Source: a virus. From it: DNA of 64,000 nucleotides. A program made the position numbers and the translations under genes. The notes under the pieces were generated by a model. The model had not been told where the DNA came from. It saw only the letters and a list, made by a program, of their open reading frames with translations, and made no database searches. Where the stretch lies: positions 32,001 through 96,000 of the IMG/VR virus record IMGVR_UViG_3300033145_001156; one strand, given 5' to 3'. Shown here piece by piece: positions 19,697 to 31,219 of this stretch. Within the stretch, counting starts at the first letter, position 1. Every line of letters begins with the position of its first letter.

Positions 19697-20185
19697 ATGG
19701 CAACGTTGGGTGACCTCAGGCAGGACCCTAAAAATGCAAGAAAACATTCAGCGCGCGGTTTTGGGATGCTAGTCGATACTATCCAGGAAGTCGGCGCAGC
19801 ACGTTCCGGTGTGTGCGATGAGGACGGTGTGATCCTTGCGGGAAACTTGACCTGGGAAGCTATGGCTGAGGCTGGGATCAATAAGGTGAAGATCGTGGAC
19901 GCTGAGGGTGATGAATGGGTGGTCGTTCGGCGTAAAGGGCTGAGTAATAAACAGAAGGTCAAGCTGGCTGTGGGTGATAACCGGATCGGCGAATTGTCTG
20001 AGTGGGATGTGGATGTATTAGAGGGGCTGGACATTGACTTGGGCGATATGTGGTTCGACTCAGAGCTTGCAGAGATAGGACTAGTCGATCCGGCTGACGT
20101 GGTATTTCCAGAATATGATGAATCTATAGCTGGCGAGGTAGAATACATTGAATGCCCCGAATGCGGACACAAATGGCCCAAGTAG
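19697..20185 (+). CDS. ParB/Srx N-terminal domain protein
   Basis: DPKNARKH, ILAGN, LAVGDNRIGELSEWD and C-terminal CPECG. Confidence 0.75.
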   Translation: MATLGDLRQDPKNARKHSARGFGMLVDTIQEVGAARSGVCDEDGVILAGNLTWEAMAEAGINKVKIVDAEGDEWVVVRRKGLSNKQKVKLAVGDNRIGELSEWDVDVLEGLDIDLGDMWFDSELAEIGLVDPADVVFPEYDESIAGEVEYIECPECGHKWPK

Positions 20186-21195
20186 ATTACATGGCTATTC
20201 TGGAGGGGGCGTGGCAGCAGCATCTTGAAGAACGTAAGCTGGATGCCCCGACGCTGATAAGCACTTTCGCAGGTTGCGGCGGTTCCTCCCTCGGCTACAG
20301 CATGGCAGGGTTTCGGGAACTCCTGGCAGTCGAATGGGATGACAATGCAGTCGCAACGTTCAAGTTGAACTTTCCAGACGTGCCGGTCTATCATGGTGAC
20401 ATTCACAAGCTGACAGTTGAAAAGTGCTTGGAAATGATCGGCCTGCAACCTGGGGAGATTGACCTTCTGGATGGTTCACCGCCTTGTCAGGGATTCAGTA
20501 CGGCAGGCAAGCGCAAGATGGAGGACAAGCGCAATCAACTTTATATGGAGTTTATCCGATTGCTCAGGGGGTTAAGGCCGAAGGTGTTCGTGATGGAGAA
20601 TGTGAGCGGCCTGGTCAAGGGCAAGATGAAGCTGGTGTTTGCTGACATCATGCAGGAGATGAAGGCAAGCGGTTATAGGGTCAGGTGCAAGTTGCTCAAT
20701 GCGATGTACTTTCAGGTTCCGCAGAGTAGACAACGACTGATATGGATCGGGGTTAGGGATGATTTGGGAATTGAAGTGAGCTTTCCGAAGGCAGAGCATA
20801 GACCGATAACAGCGGGGCAAGCTATTGTCGGGGCTGATTCTATGCCTCTTGGGAGACCGACATTAGCAGTTCGTAATGTTAGCCGACAAATACGACCAGG
20901 TGAAGGGGCGGGCAAGTATACTAAACATGGTACGGCTTTTAGCGTGATCCGTCTCGATGAACGAAGACCAGCACCAACGTTGACAAAGTCATTAGCTGGG
21001 ATGAGTGGAATTATGCAGCCGACAGGGGATAGCTATCTATCAGCAGCACAGATCAAAAGACTAGCAAGCTACCCAGGTTCATTTCGATTGATGGGTGCTG
21101 CTACTAGAAAGTGGGCATGTATTGGTAATTCCGTTCCGCCCCTCTTCATGCGGGCAATTGCAAAACATATCAGAACAGAGATATTGAAAGCATAA
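20152..21195 (+). CDS. DNA cytosine-5 methyltransferase
   Basis: FAGCGG, GSPPCQGFS, MENV, QSRQR and GNSV motifs. Confidence 0.95.
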   Translation: MPRMRTQMAQVDYMAILEGAWQQHLEERKLDAPTLISTFAGCGGSSLGYSMAGFRELLAVEWDDNAVATFKLNFPDVPVYHGDIHKLTVEKCLEMIGLQPGEIDLLDGSPPCQGFSTAGKRKMEDKRNQLYMEFIRLLRGLRPKVFVMENVSGLVKGKMKLVFADIMQEMKASGYRVRCKLLNAMYFQVPQSRQRLIWIGVRDDLGIEVSFPKAEHRPITAGQAIVGADSMPLGRPTLAVRNVSRQIRPGEGAGKYTKHGTAFSVIRLDERRPAPTLTKSLAGMSGIMQPTGDSYLSAAQIKRLASYPGSFRLMGAATRKWACIGNSVPPLFMRAIAKHIRTEILKA

Positions 21196-21364
21196 CAGAA
21201 ATAGGGTTAGGACCCAAGTTATTGGAATCATGAGGCGCAACGATGGGAGCGGTTAAGTTTATGTCAACAAATGAAACACAGGCGTGCGAGTGGTTTGCTG
21301 TACATGTCTCAGAAAGTGAGTATGATTTGTTTGCCTTGGTAACTGTTTGCATAGTTGGTGCATA

Positions 21365-21922
21365 ATGGGCAGACGCAGAGAACTGGCAGAACTAAGGCGG
21401 GACAGGCGAAGGATAGCTACTCTATATCTCAGAGGTAAACTTCAAACGGAAATCGCTGAAGAGCTAGGGATCAATCAGTCAACTGTAAGCCGTGATTTGA
21501 AAGCGCTTCAGAAGGAATGGCTGGAAGACACCAAGATTGACTTCGACAAGGCTAAAGCCAGAGAGATTGCCAAGATTGATAACCTCGAACGCATTTACCA
21601 TGTTGCTTGGATACGCAGTTGTGAGGATGCTGAGACTATTCGTAAGAAGAAGGCAGAAGTTGCTGGGGTAGAGCGTAAAGAGATCGTCACTACTGCTAAG
21701 GGGCAGGTAGGTGATCCTCGTTTTTTGACGGGGGTACAGTGGTGTATTGAGCGGCGCTGTAAAGTGTTGGGCATTGATGCGCCAACGAAGATAGCACCGA
21801 CAGATCCGACAGGGGAGAAGGAATATACAGGGCTTACGGACGAAGAGCGAAATAGACGGATATGTGCGCTCCTTGGGATCAAGCCAGAGGGTGAAGCTAG
21901 ATCGGATACTTCTGACGAGTGA
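21365..21922 (+). CDS. terS: Terminase small subunit (HTH)
   Basis: QTEIAEELGINQSTVSRDL HTH and RCKVLGIDAP; immediately upstream of TerL. Confidence 0.75.
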   Translation: MGRRRELAELRRDRRRIATLYLRGKLQTEIAEELGINQSTVSRDLKALQKEWLEDTKIDFDKAKAREIAKIDNLERIYHVAWIRSCEDAETIRKKKAEVAGVERKEIVTTAKGQVGDPRFLTGVQWCIERRCKVLGIDAPTKIAPTDPTGEKEYTGLTDEERNRRICALLGIKPEGEARSDTSDE

Positions 21923-23417
21923 CGTTTTCAAGAAGGTATACCGTGATGACAGGGCGGCTTTCGTCTGGGACTGCATAGACTGGCAAGCTCCCATTCTGAA
22001 AGGCGAGACGATGGCGGCCTACCAGGAGGAGATACTGTCTGAGCTGGACGTCAGGGAGAGAGTGTCTGTTCGGGGGCCCCACGGTCTCGGGAAAACTGCG
22101 CTGGCAGCTTGGAATGTTTTGCATTTCGCGTTGACGAGGGATGGGGAGGATTGGAAGGTTCCCACGTTGGCGTCCGTCTGGCGGCAACTTGTTGAGTACC
22201 TTTGGCCTGAGGTACATAAATGGGCATCCATATTGAGATGGGACAAGATAGGGAGGAATCCTTTTGGTGATCAGTTGATGGTATTGCGGCTCCGGTTGTC
22301 TACGGGGGCCGCTTTTGCTGTTGCGGCAAAAGACCCTGGGTTGATCGAGGGAGCTCATGCAGAGCAAATGTTGTACGTTTTTGATGAGAGTAAGTCTATT
22401 GCCGACAGGATGTGGGATGCTGCTGAGGGTGCGTTCGCGTCTGGCGACGTCAAGTGGTTTGCCATTAGCACGCCTGGGGAGACGCAGGGCAGGTTCTGGC
22501 AGATACAGGCGCGCAAGAAGGGCTACCACGACTGGTGGGTGAGGCACGTCACACTGGAGGAGGCTCTTGCTGCTGGGCGGATGCGCCCCAAGTGGGTCGA
22601 GGAAAGGAAGCTACAATGGGGGGAGCAGTCTCCCATCTACCAGAACCGCGTGCTGGGGGAATTCGCGGACTCGCCCTCGGACGCCATCATACCGCTGACT
22701 TGGGTGGAGGCGGCCAACGAGCGCTGGCGGGAGTGGGACAAGGAGGGGGTGCTGACGGCGGTCGGGGTGGACGTCGGGGGCGGGCTGGCCACGGGGAACA
22801 AGAGCGTGATAGCTAAGGCGTACGACAGGTTCAAGATCGCCGAGCTGGTGAAGATACCCATGGCGAGCGACCCGAAAGTAGCGACGATGGAACTCACCGG
22901 GAGGATAGTCGCGATGCTGCGGGGCACAGATGCGACAGCGGTGGTGGACTCGATAGGGATAGGGGCCGGGGTGCTGCACAGGCTGTGCGAGCTGGAGTAC
23001 AAGGCCATCGACTTCGTGGCGGGCAGGAAGACGTCCCTGATGGACCAGGTGGATTCGTACGGGTTCAGGAACTGGAGGTCCGCCGCATGGTGGATAACCA
23101 GGGAGCTGCTGGAGCCGGACAGCGGGTACGACGTGTGCCTGCCGCCGGACGACGAGCTGACGGGCGACCTGACGACGCCGAAGTGGAAGCCGGTGAGCGC
23201 CGGGCTAATCCTCGTCGAGCCGAAGGACAAGGTGAAGGACAGGCTCCCGGAGGGGCGGTCGACGGACTGCGGGGATGCCGTGGTGCAGGTGCTGGTGGGG
23301 AAGACGCTGGAGAACGCCCGTCTGCTGGAGGAGGTCAGGAGGAAGAAGCCGAAGGTGAAGAGCGTGTGGGCACCGGGGTACAGGATAGGGAAGGGGTTGA
23401 CGAGGGGGAGAGGATGA
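21864..23417 (+). CDS. terL: Terminase large subunit
   Basis: GPHGLGKT Walker A, VFDE Walker B, ISTP, VLGEF, GVDVG nuclease motif and RSTDCGDA. Confidence 0.92.
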   Translation: MRSLGSSQRVKLDRILLTSDVFKKVYRDDRAAFVWDCIDWQAPILKGETMAAYQEEILSELDVRERVSVRGPHGLGKTALAAWNVLHFALTRDGEDWKVPTLASVWRQLVEYLWPEVHKWASILRWDKIGRNPFGDQLMVLRLRLSTGAAFAVAAKDPGLIEGAHAEQMLYVFDESKSIADRMWDAAEGAFASGDVKWFAISTPGETQGRFWQIQARKKGYHDWWVRHVTLEEALAAGRMRPKWVEERKLQWGEQSPIYQNRVLGEFADSPSDAIIPLTWVEAANERWREWDKEGVLTAVGVDVGGGLATGNKSVIAKAYDRFKIAELVKIPMASDPKVATMELTGRIVAMLRGTDATAVVDSIGIGAGVLHRLCELEYKAIDFVAGRKTSLMDQVDSYGFRNWRSAAWWITRELLEPDSGYDVCLPPDDELTGDLTTPKWKPVSAGLILVEPKDKVKDRLPEGRSTDCGDAVVQVLVGKTLENARLLEEVRRKKPKVKSVWAPGYRIGKGLTRGRG

Positions 23418-24027
23418 TGGAGCACAAGTGCGAGGCGAATGAGGGCGGTACTCACGTAGAGTTCTGGCCCAAAGATCAGAAATGGCATTTGAGTACTTGC
23501 GGAACTCTCTTATATTGTCCCTACTGCGGCATCAAGCTGGAGAAGCCAGATGAGAAGATCGAGGTGAGCCGGAACGCGTTGAGAGAGGTTGTCGATCAGT
23601 TGTGGATAGTCCATGAAGAAGATGCTTGGGGGGGGCATCGCACAGATGCTCCCGAGAGGGTCTTTGCTCAATGCCAACGGATCAACAAGATGCTGCGGGA
23701 TGCAGAGCGCGAGGAGGGGGGATGATGGAGCACGAGCACAGATGTACAAAGAGTGCGAGTGTCAGAATTCTATGGCGTACCGATCACTGGAGTATCGTAG
23801 ATTCTACAGGCTGGCCGCGTTTCGGTATCACTCACTGCCCCTACTGCGGCGTGAAGCTGGAGCCGCCGGACGTCAAGATTGAGGTGAGCCGGAAGGCACT
23901 ACTAAACTGGGCTAGTCGTTTAGACCTTGCTAATAGCGAATTACTAGGGGGCTGGCTGAGAACAGAAGTTAGTACTTTCATTGGGGCAATTGCAATTTGT
24001 ATCAGGACGGCAGCACTCAATGACTGA
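23414..24027 (+). CDS. Tandem paralogous small Zn-ribbon genes (23414..23725 and 23722..24027)
   Basis: MMEH..., CPYCG.KLE.PD.KIEVSR.AL in both. Confidence 0.7.
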
Positions 24028-24048
24028 GCGCGAGGAGGGGGGATGATG
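23705..24048 (+). repeat. 23-bp direct repeat GAGCGCGAGGAGGGGGGATGATG (23705-23727 and 24026-24048)
   Basis: Exact match; includes RBS and start codons; flanks gene 23722..24027. Confidence 0.85.
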
Positions 24049-27000
24049 TGGACTGACGTGTACGACAAGTGGGGTACTGGGGAGCATGAGGACGTTCCGT
24101 GCAAGTTTGCGGGGCAGACGATAATGTTGAGCAGGGAGAAATGCGAAGCCGGGCTGGGTGACTTGGTGAAGGAGTACGTTCGCATCCTGCGCACCCCGTG
24201 GTGGCGGAGGACGTTCGGCTGGGGGTTCGCGGAGAAGTTTCTGCGGAAGCGCCTGAACGTCTCCATCCTTGAATGGCATAAGTAGGATTTTGCGTAAAGT
24301 TCAGGAGGAAGCGATGATGTTGCCTGGCAGTTTGGTGGCCGAGATGGTAGATGCGACAATAACAGGAAACATAGTACTATTCTTCCCCCACGAGATACCA
24401 GAACAGTTTCCTGGAGTAACTGGCAAGTTGCTGTGCCATGCACCACCATTGGAAGATGGTGGTCTTAGACATGCTTTCGTGTATCTAGGGCCGGAGCAAG
24501 CGGACGAGGCCGGGTTCTGCCATGTGTGCGGAGAGTTTCAGTTGCCTATTGTTGTTCTTGCGAACTCGTGGTCTGCGTGTGGATATTGTGGCAGTAAGCG
24601 CCTTGTGCGCGAAGTTCAGGGGGTAATGATGAGGGGGATAAAGTCGTATTGGTGGCAGTGCGACGTCTGCAAGAAGACCGCAGAGACGAGACAAGATAAG
24701 TTACCGCTAGGGTGGATGCCTGCCTACGGGATGCACGTGTGTTCTGAGGAATGCAAGCAGAAGATGATCAAGATTCAGTCTGAGGTCTACTGCATCGGTC
24801 CTGGGGAGACCTTGGATTTCGAGACGATGAGCATCATTGACTGGCAGGTAGGTGAGGGTAAGTTGTACCTGACTGTTGATGAGGGGAGAATGGGGTAGAT
24901 GGGTGAGAAGAGGATATGCTACCACCTGTTCCTCGTGCCGACGGCATGGGACCAAAAGAGGCCGGGGCCATGCGAGGTCAACTCTTGCAGGTGCGGGCAG
25001 AACTGGACGTGCCCCGTGTGCGGGTACGGGCAGGGTTCGTGGCCGCACGTGTGTGACATGCCGGACGGGGAGCACGAGAGATTGTTGAAGCGGAGCCTGG
25101 TGGAGAATGCAGACATATGGAGGGCGTTGGCAGATGCGTGACGAGACGTTGTTCCTGGAGTGCGAGTGCCACAGCGACGAGCACGTCCTGAGGTGGAGCC
25201 TGGTTGCCGATCCCAAGTGGCCCGCCTTGTACACCTCGGTGTTCTTGTGCCAGTACAGGAACGTGTTCAAGCGAGTATGGGTTGCCGTCAAGTACGTCCT
25301 TGGGTACAAGTGCAGGTATGGGCATTAGGACTGCTTCGAGTTGAACCCAAAGGACATAGGGCGGATGATAGCCCTGCTGGAGGTATACCGGGAGGCAGTG
25401 CATGGTGGAGAGTCTTGAGGAGGCTGCCGAGTCGGTGGGGAAGGTCGACTGGGACCAGTTCGTGGCAACCATCTGCGAGAGTCGGGAGCGGGTGATCGAG
25501 GAGTTCTGCTGGTGGGCGGAACATTGCGGGGAAGCGCTCGCAGAAGCTTATGCCTTGTGGGAGGAGTCTTGTGGTAGACCTCCGATGACCAAGAACGAGA
25601 AGAAGCAGGCGTGGTTCAACTACGTGCGTGAAAGGGAGAGGGATGGGCAAGGCGTTCGAGATGAATGACGATGGTTGGTCGTCCCACGGGACATAGCCAT
25701 CAGGCTGGGAAGAGGAGGGTGAGGATGAGTGAGATGCTGCGGTGCGGGGACTGCGCGCTGTTCGAGCGGGGCGGCACGGCTGCCCTTTACAATTGGTGGG
25801 GTGACTGTGAGGTAAGCCCGGATCCCCTCTCGGTGCATGGCTCGGACGAGGCCTGCAAGAAATTCAAGCCGAAGGGGGAACCCGAGCTACTGGCGGAGAA
25901 GGTATACGAATGGGACATAGGTGACTTTAAGATGCACGAGACTGGGGATGTGCAGGAGCTGCCAGTGGAAGACGCGTGTATCAATATCTTTGATTCTGCG
26001 CCTGTGCGGTTAGGAGGATATAAGGCAGTATACATTTATCGATTCCCTTGGCTTGCGTTCAAGCCCAAAGGTTGGCGGCAGTGGGTTGTCTTCCTGTGGG
26101 GGACGGACGTCTGGTTCGGGCGGTGGCCGTTCTGCAAGTGCCTGTTCGCGGCCAACGTCCTGGTCTGGATGCTGGGGTGGGTGATGGGATGAGCAGGGTC
26201 CATCAGGTCAAGTGCGACGGTTGCAGGAAGATACAGGAGGACACGCGGGACAACGCCATGCCAGAGTGGAGGGACCCGGACAGGTGGGACGGCTGGTGGT
26301 CGCTGGACGTGGCAGGAGACGGTCGGGAGCACTACGACTTGTGCTGCCTCAAGTGCCTGAAGGAGTGGGTGGGGAATAGGGTTGAGTACTGGGAGCGATA
26401 CGAAAAGGAGGCTGTTGACTTGAAAGTGGATCAGGGGAGGGCGATGCAGTGAATAACCAGGTGCAAAACTTGTCAGTTCTCAGGAGGGCGGCATGAGGAG
26501 GGTAACTTGGGCTCGTTGGATTGAGCTGTGTACTGATGATTGCGATTTTGAGTGCTATGTAGAAGATAGTCGGCTCTTCGCGATACCAAGAACTGGCAAG
26601 GTGTTTGAGATTCTCATGCCAGGGCACTGGGAGAAGCTGCGCGGCGGCCCATTCATTCGTCACGGGGGCGACCTCAGCTTCCATTGCGCCTGTGGCAAGC
26701 CCGTAGTGTTAGCTGACGAGGCTATCATGGACTGTTCATGCGGACGGCGATATCGGTTGCCACCCGCAGAAGTGGAAGTATGGAGGGAACGATGAAGAAG
26801 CTGGAGGAGAGATTGGAGAGGGAGGATGATGGGTGCGGGGAGTGGAGGCCCCGTTCCGTATTTGCAGCTACCCGATACAGAATAGAAAACGGGGAGGAGG
26901 TGATACTTGGGGACAAGGTACTTCCTGACTGTGAGCTGCCTTCAATGCGGGAGAACTAATAATGATATTTACTACGCCCCGACGTGCGGCTTCCTGACCC

Positions 27001-28611
27001 ACAAGTGCGACCACTGCGGGGTGGAGTTCGACATCGAGGCCCAGCTCTGCGAGAGGGAGAGGACGGAACTCAGGCGGCAGCAGGAGGAGCACAGTGCGAT
27101 GATAGAGAGGATGGTGGAGGGTTTTGGACGGAGTGGTGCCGTCATTGACTTGGAGGACTTCACATAAAATGGCGAGGGCTATGAGTTGGCAGAACACCTT
27201 GCGCAAAGCGCAGAGGGGGAGTGACAAGTGATAACGCGGAAATTCTCTTGCGGGAGCGGTTGTTCTTTTTATCATGCGATATACGTTGAAGGCCTGAACA
27301 GGGGCTACATCTGCCTCGCTCAACCCGGAGAAGAACCAGAAGGTTGTCCGATGGTGAGGCCCGTCATTGATGGAGACTATGTGCACATTCATTGCCCATC
27401 ATGCTATGCTTGCGTGCCCATCGTTGAAGGGGGATACGAGGTTTGCGACAAATATGATAAGCCGTTTGGGCGGATGGACCAACAAGTAGATTCCTGCGTG
27501 GGGTGTCCGTTTTATCACCCAAACAAGAAGGCGGGTGGATGGCTTGAGTCGCGGGAAGACTTAATAAAAGAGCTTCACAGGCTTCGTACAGAGTTGCTTC
27601 GTGCAGCGAGGAGGGCAGAGCGGGCAGAGAAAGAGATCAAAGACAAGGCGACGGAAGAGCATGAGGGTTTTATGTAGCCATTAGAGATGGCGTGGAGTTC
27701 AAGTTGGTTAAGTGTGCGAGGTGTCGCAAGTGTGGAAACATCAACGACATGCGGTTAGTCTCGTGTTCTTGGATGCACAAGAAGTGAGACTTTGCGCAAA
27801 GTGAGGAGGTCTAATGTCTGAATGGAACTGGAGTGATGTTCGCGAGCCGATAGAGAAGCTACTGCGGGAGAAGTATGGTGTAGGGTTGGAATCGGTCACG
27901 GTGGTGAGGACTGCCCGCTCGAACTGGCATGCCCACGTTCCGGCAGGTCTTACGTTCGTGCCTACCCGATACCGAAACGTTGACAGGAAGGGTGTGAGGG
28001 CATGGCTGTGGCGCTTCTTCGGGAAGGTGCTTGGGAAGCCCCGCTGGGGGCAAGACAAGGTGATGCTGGAGCCCATGTGTCCTCACGAAGTGGAGGAGAT
28101 CCAGTTGTCGCAATACACCGCTAAAGATCCGTGTGGTGTTGAATACAGATGGTGGATGGGATACGGCCCGGAGTCGAAGGTCCTGGCTATCGGTGATTGG
28201 GAAGGTTCGACTGGCTTTGCGCAAAGCAGGAAGGGGGAAAGAGATGCTGACGATGGAGCATCGGCCCAAGATCGAGAAGGCGTATGAGGATGCGATTGTT
28301 GAAGTCAAGGAAGGGAGAAAATGATGAAGTGGCCGGGGATGGGTGAATATGGTGATGTCAATGAGGGAGAGGGGTCGGTTCACCTTCCGTTCACTCAGGT
28401 GGATGTGGAGTTCTTTCCGAAACTCATGTACGGCTATAGGGGCTACACATGGCCCGACGACCTGTGTCCGCACGTGAAGGACAACAAGATTGAGCGGGTT
28501 TTGGTGCTGACCAGCCAAGACGGCTACACCGGCGCGGGGATATGCCTGGACTGCCTGATGGAGTGGGCGGAGCGGAACCGCAGCAGGATATGGAAGGGAG
28601 AAGGCGAGTGA
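24043..28611 (+). other. Array of about 15 small, often CxxC-containing hypothetical genes between terL and the first glycosylation cluster
   Basis: Closely coupled + strand ORFs, e.g. 24043, 24899, 25402, 26493, 26907, 27228, 27814, 28321. Confidence 0.6.
25134..25418 (+). pseudogene. Phage hypothetical gene interrupted by an in-frame TAG at 25326
   Basis: ...GYKCRYGH*DCFELNPKDIGRMIALL...; the frame continues 29 codons to a TGA that overlaps the next gene's start. Confidence 0.5.
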
Positions 28612-29858
28612 AGAAGGTGGCGTTCCTGACGACGTTCTTCGAGGTCGAGAGCGGGTATTCCCTGGTGGCGGTGACGGAGACCCAGATCAGGATGCTGTTG
28701 GACCACGGGTACGAGCCGGTCGTCCTGGTGCAGGAGGACTTCAAGCCCCACGGGATGTGGGCCCCGGAGATGCTGGACGTGCGCCCCGTGATCCCCAGAT
28801 TGAAGCTGACGCAGGGGGTCGCCAAGGACTTCGAGGAACGAGTGAACAGGATACAGGAGGCGCTGGAGGAGAACCTGGAGGGGGTCGACGTCTGCATCAC
28901 GCAGGACATCATCCTCCAGGCATTCTACAAGGAGCACAACGTGGCCATGAGGCGATACGCCAGGCGGCACGAGCTCCTGTGGCTGCACTGGATACACTCG
29001 TGCCCGAGCGCGGGGGACCAGGGGAAGTACCCCGGCAACTGCCGGTTCACCCCTCCCCCGGGCTACATCGTGTACCCCAACTCGTCCGATAAGTCGCTGG
29101 TGGTGGGCGCTTACGGGCTAGGCGGTCAGGAGTGGCGGGTGAAAGTGAGCAGGGCTGGCCACTCGATAGACCCGATGCTGCTGTGGCCCTACGACGAGCT
29201 GACGCGGGACCTCGTCTCCAAGTTCGCTCTCCACCAGGGGGACGTGTCCGTCGTGTACCCCGCCAGGCTGGACAGGGGGAAGCAGCCCGAGAAGATCATA
29301 CGGCTGCTGGCGGGGGTCAAGAAGTTGGGCTACACCCCCAGGCTCCTGGTCATCGACTGGCAGTCGATGGGCAAGAGGTTCCAGAAATACATAGACGAGC
29401 TGCTGGAGCTGGCCAGGGAGTTGGGGCTGGAGGGGGAGGTCGCGTTCACGAGCAGGCTGGACGACAGGTGCTCCCAGGGCGTCCCGAGGAGGATCGTCGT
29501 CGAGCTGATGGACTTATCCAACGTGTACGTCCACCCCTCTAGGGTCGAGACTTACTCGTTCGTCGTGCATGAGGCCATGCTCAGGGGCTGCCTGTGCGTC
29601 CTGAACCACGACCTGCCCATGATGCGGGAGCTGTACGGGGACGCGGCGATATACATGGACTTCAGCAGCGACAGAATGAGTCGTAAATATCAGCCCGATG
29701 AGCAGTCGTTCTGGGACGACGAGGCCAAGAGGCTGATGGCTGAGTTGGGGCAGAACAGGGCGCTAGCGGCGAGGCAGAAGGCACGGAAGGAGTGGACGCC
29801 CCAGGCACTGTGGAAACAATTCGAGCCCCTGCTTTTCCTAATACCAGTAGGTGAATAA
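28608..29858 (+). CDS. GT-B fold glycosyltransferase (GT4-like)
   Basis: ARLDRGKQPE and YVHPSRVETYSFVVHEAMLRG (EX7E-type motif). Confidence 0.88.
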   Translation: MKKVAFLTTFFEVESGYSLVAVTETQIRMLLDHGYEPVVLVQEDFKPHGMWAPEMLDVRPVIPRLKLTQGVAKDFEERVNRIQEALEENLEGVDVCITQDIILQAFYKEHNVAMRRYARRHELLWLHWIHSCPSAGDQGKYPGNCRFTPPPGYIVYPNSSDKSLVVGAYGLGGQEWRVKVSRAGHSIDPMLLWPYDELTRDLVSKFALHQGDVSVVYPARLDRGKQPEKIIRLLAGVKKLGYTPRLLVIDWQSMGKRFQKYIDELLELARELGLEGEVAFTSRLDDRCSQGVPRRIVVELMDLSNVYVHPSRVETYSFVVHEAMLRGCLCVLNHDLPMMRELYGDAAIYMDFSSDRMSRKYQPDEQSFWDDEAKRLMAELGQNRALAARQKARKEWTPQALWKQFEPLLFLIPVGE

Positions 29859-31219
29859 TGAATATCATTGTTACAGGCACTGGTCGGTGCGGTACAGGAT
29901 TTATGGCCAGGTGGTTATCTAGTGCTGGTATCAAATGTACTCACGAAGGAGTGTTTAACACTAAGGGTTGGGACTACGCGCTAGAGCAGATACGGTTGCG
30001 GTTGGCCAATCCCTATTGGGGCTGGCAAGCTGATTCATCATGGCTTGCCGCTCCATGGCTAGGGCAACCAGAGCTTAAAGATATGACTGTGATTCATGTT
30101 GTGCGTCATCCCAAGCCAACTATAGATTCGTTCTTGCGACTAATTTTGTATGCTAACAACCGACCATATTTTGACTGGGCGGCCCAGTTCCTTCCTAGAT
30201 TGAGGGAACTAAATCCAGTAGATAGTATGGTTTACTGGTATATAACTTTGAACGAGATGATAGAACCATATGCCCACTATCGACATATGGTAGAAGATAG
30301 TACCATGTCACTAGAACGGTTCTTAGGCATAGATATAGAACCTGAGAAGCTCTATAATAATACTCTATACAACACTAGGGCTGGTCTTGGCCCATCAAAT
30401 ATTAGACTAGAAGACATCAACTCAGAGTTAAGAGATAAGCTACTAGCCATGACAGACAAATATGGATACGAATGGGATGATGCTTTTGTACCCGAGACCA
30501 TAGAGGCTACGTGGTGGGCAGGACAATCTATATTACTAGATTCAAGATCAGGCTACCTTGGTGGTTCTTGGCAGTGGCGTGACACTAACGGAAAACCATT
30601 AGCCTATGATGGTGATCTCGTTAAGTTCTTCTATGAACAAACACTCTCAGTGGAACACCCATTCGTAGTAGACGTTGGGGCTAGCACGGGTAGCTTTACC
30701 CTGTTACCCTTGTTACATCCAACAATGAATGTCTTGGCATTTGAACCTAACCCTATGGCATTTAGTGTGTTAGAGAGCAATATTAAATTGCATAACCTTC
30801 AAGATAGAACATCGCTGTGTCAAATAGCACTATCAGATACTAATGGAACAGGAACACTAAAGGTTCCCGAAGGCAGCACCCATATGGCTATTGGATGTTT
30901 GGGATCGCCAAGGCCACGCGGACTTGAATGGTATGATGTGCCTGTGGAAATCAAAAGTCTAGATAGCTATAACCTCCCAGTATTAGATTTCCTTAAGATT
31001 GATACCGAGGGAAATGAACTGAATGTTTTGAAGGGTGGCGAGGTTACAATTAAAAGGTTCTTGCCATCAATATTGCTAGAATATCAAGCACTTAATACTA
31101 GACAGTTTGGGTACGAGCCTGAGAAGATAATTGAGTTGCTAGAAAGCTGGGGTTATGACCATTTTGAACACGTAGGGATAGAGGACATCTATGTTAGTTG
31201 CGATCATAACGACTCTTGA
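29858..31219 (+). CDS. Sulfotransferase-like domain fused to an FkbM-family methyltransferase
   Basis: N-terminus TGTGRCGT (PSB-like loop) and HVVRHP...S; C-terminus VDVGASTG, AFEPNP, KIDTEGNELNVLKG. Confidence 0.78.
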   Translation: MNIIVTGTGRCGTGFMARWLSSAGIKCTHEGVFNTKGWDYALEQIRLRLANPYWGWQADSSWLAAPWLGQPELKDMTVIHVVRHPKPTIDSFLRLILYANNRPYFDWAAQFLPRLRELNPVDSMVYWYITLNEMIEPYAHYRHMVEDSTMSLERFLGIDIEPEKLYNNTLYNTRAGLGPSNIRLEDINSELRDKLLAMTDKYGYEWDDAFVPETIEATWWAGQSILLDSRSGYLGGSWQWRDTNGKPLAYDGDLVKFFYEQTLSVEHPFVVDVGASTGSFTLLPLLHPTMNVLAFEPNPMAFSVLESNIKLHNLQDRTSLCQIALSDTNGTGTLKVPEGSTHMAIGCLGSPRPRGLEWYDVPVEIKSLDSYNLPVLDFLKIDTEGNELNVLKGGEVTIKRFLPSILLEYQALNTRQFGYEPEKIIELLESWGYDHFEHVGIEDIYVSCDHNDS

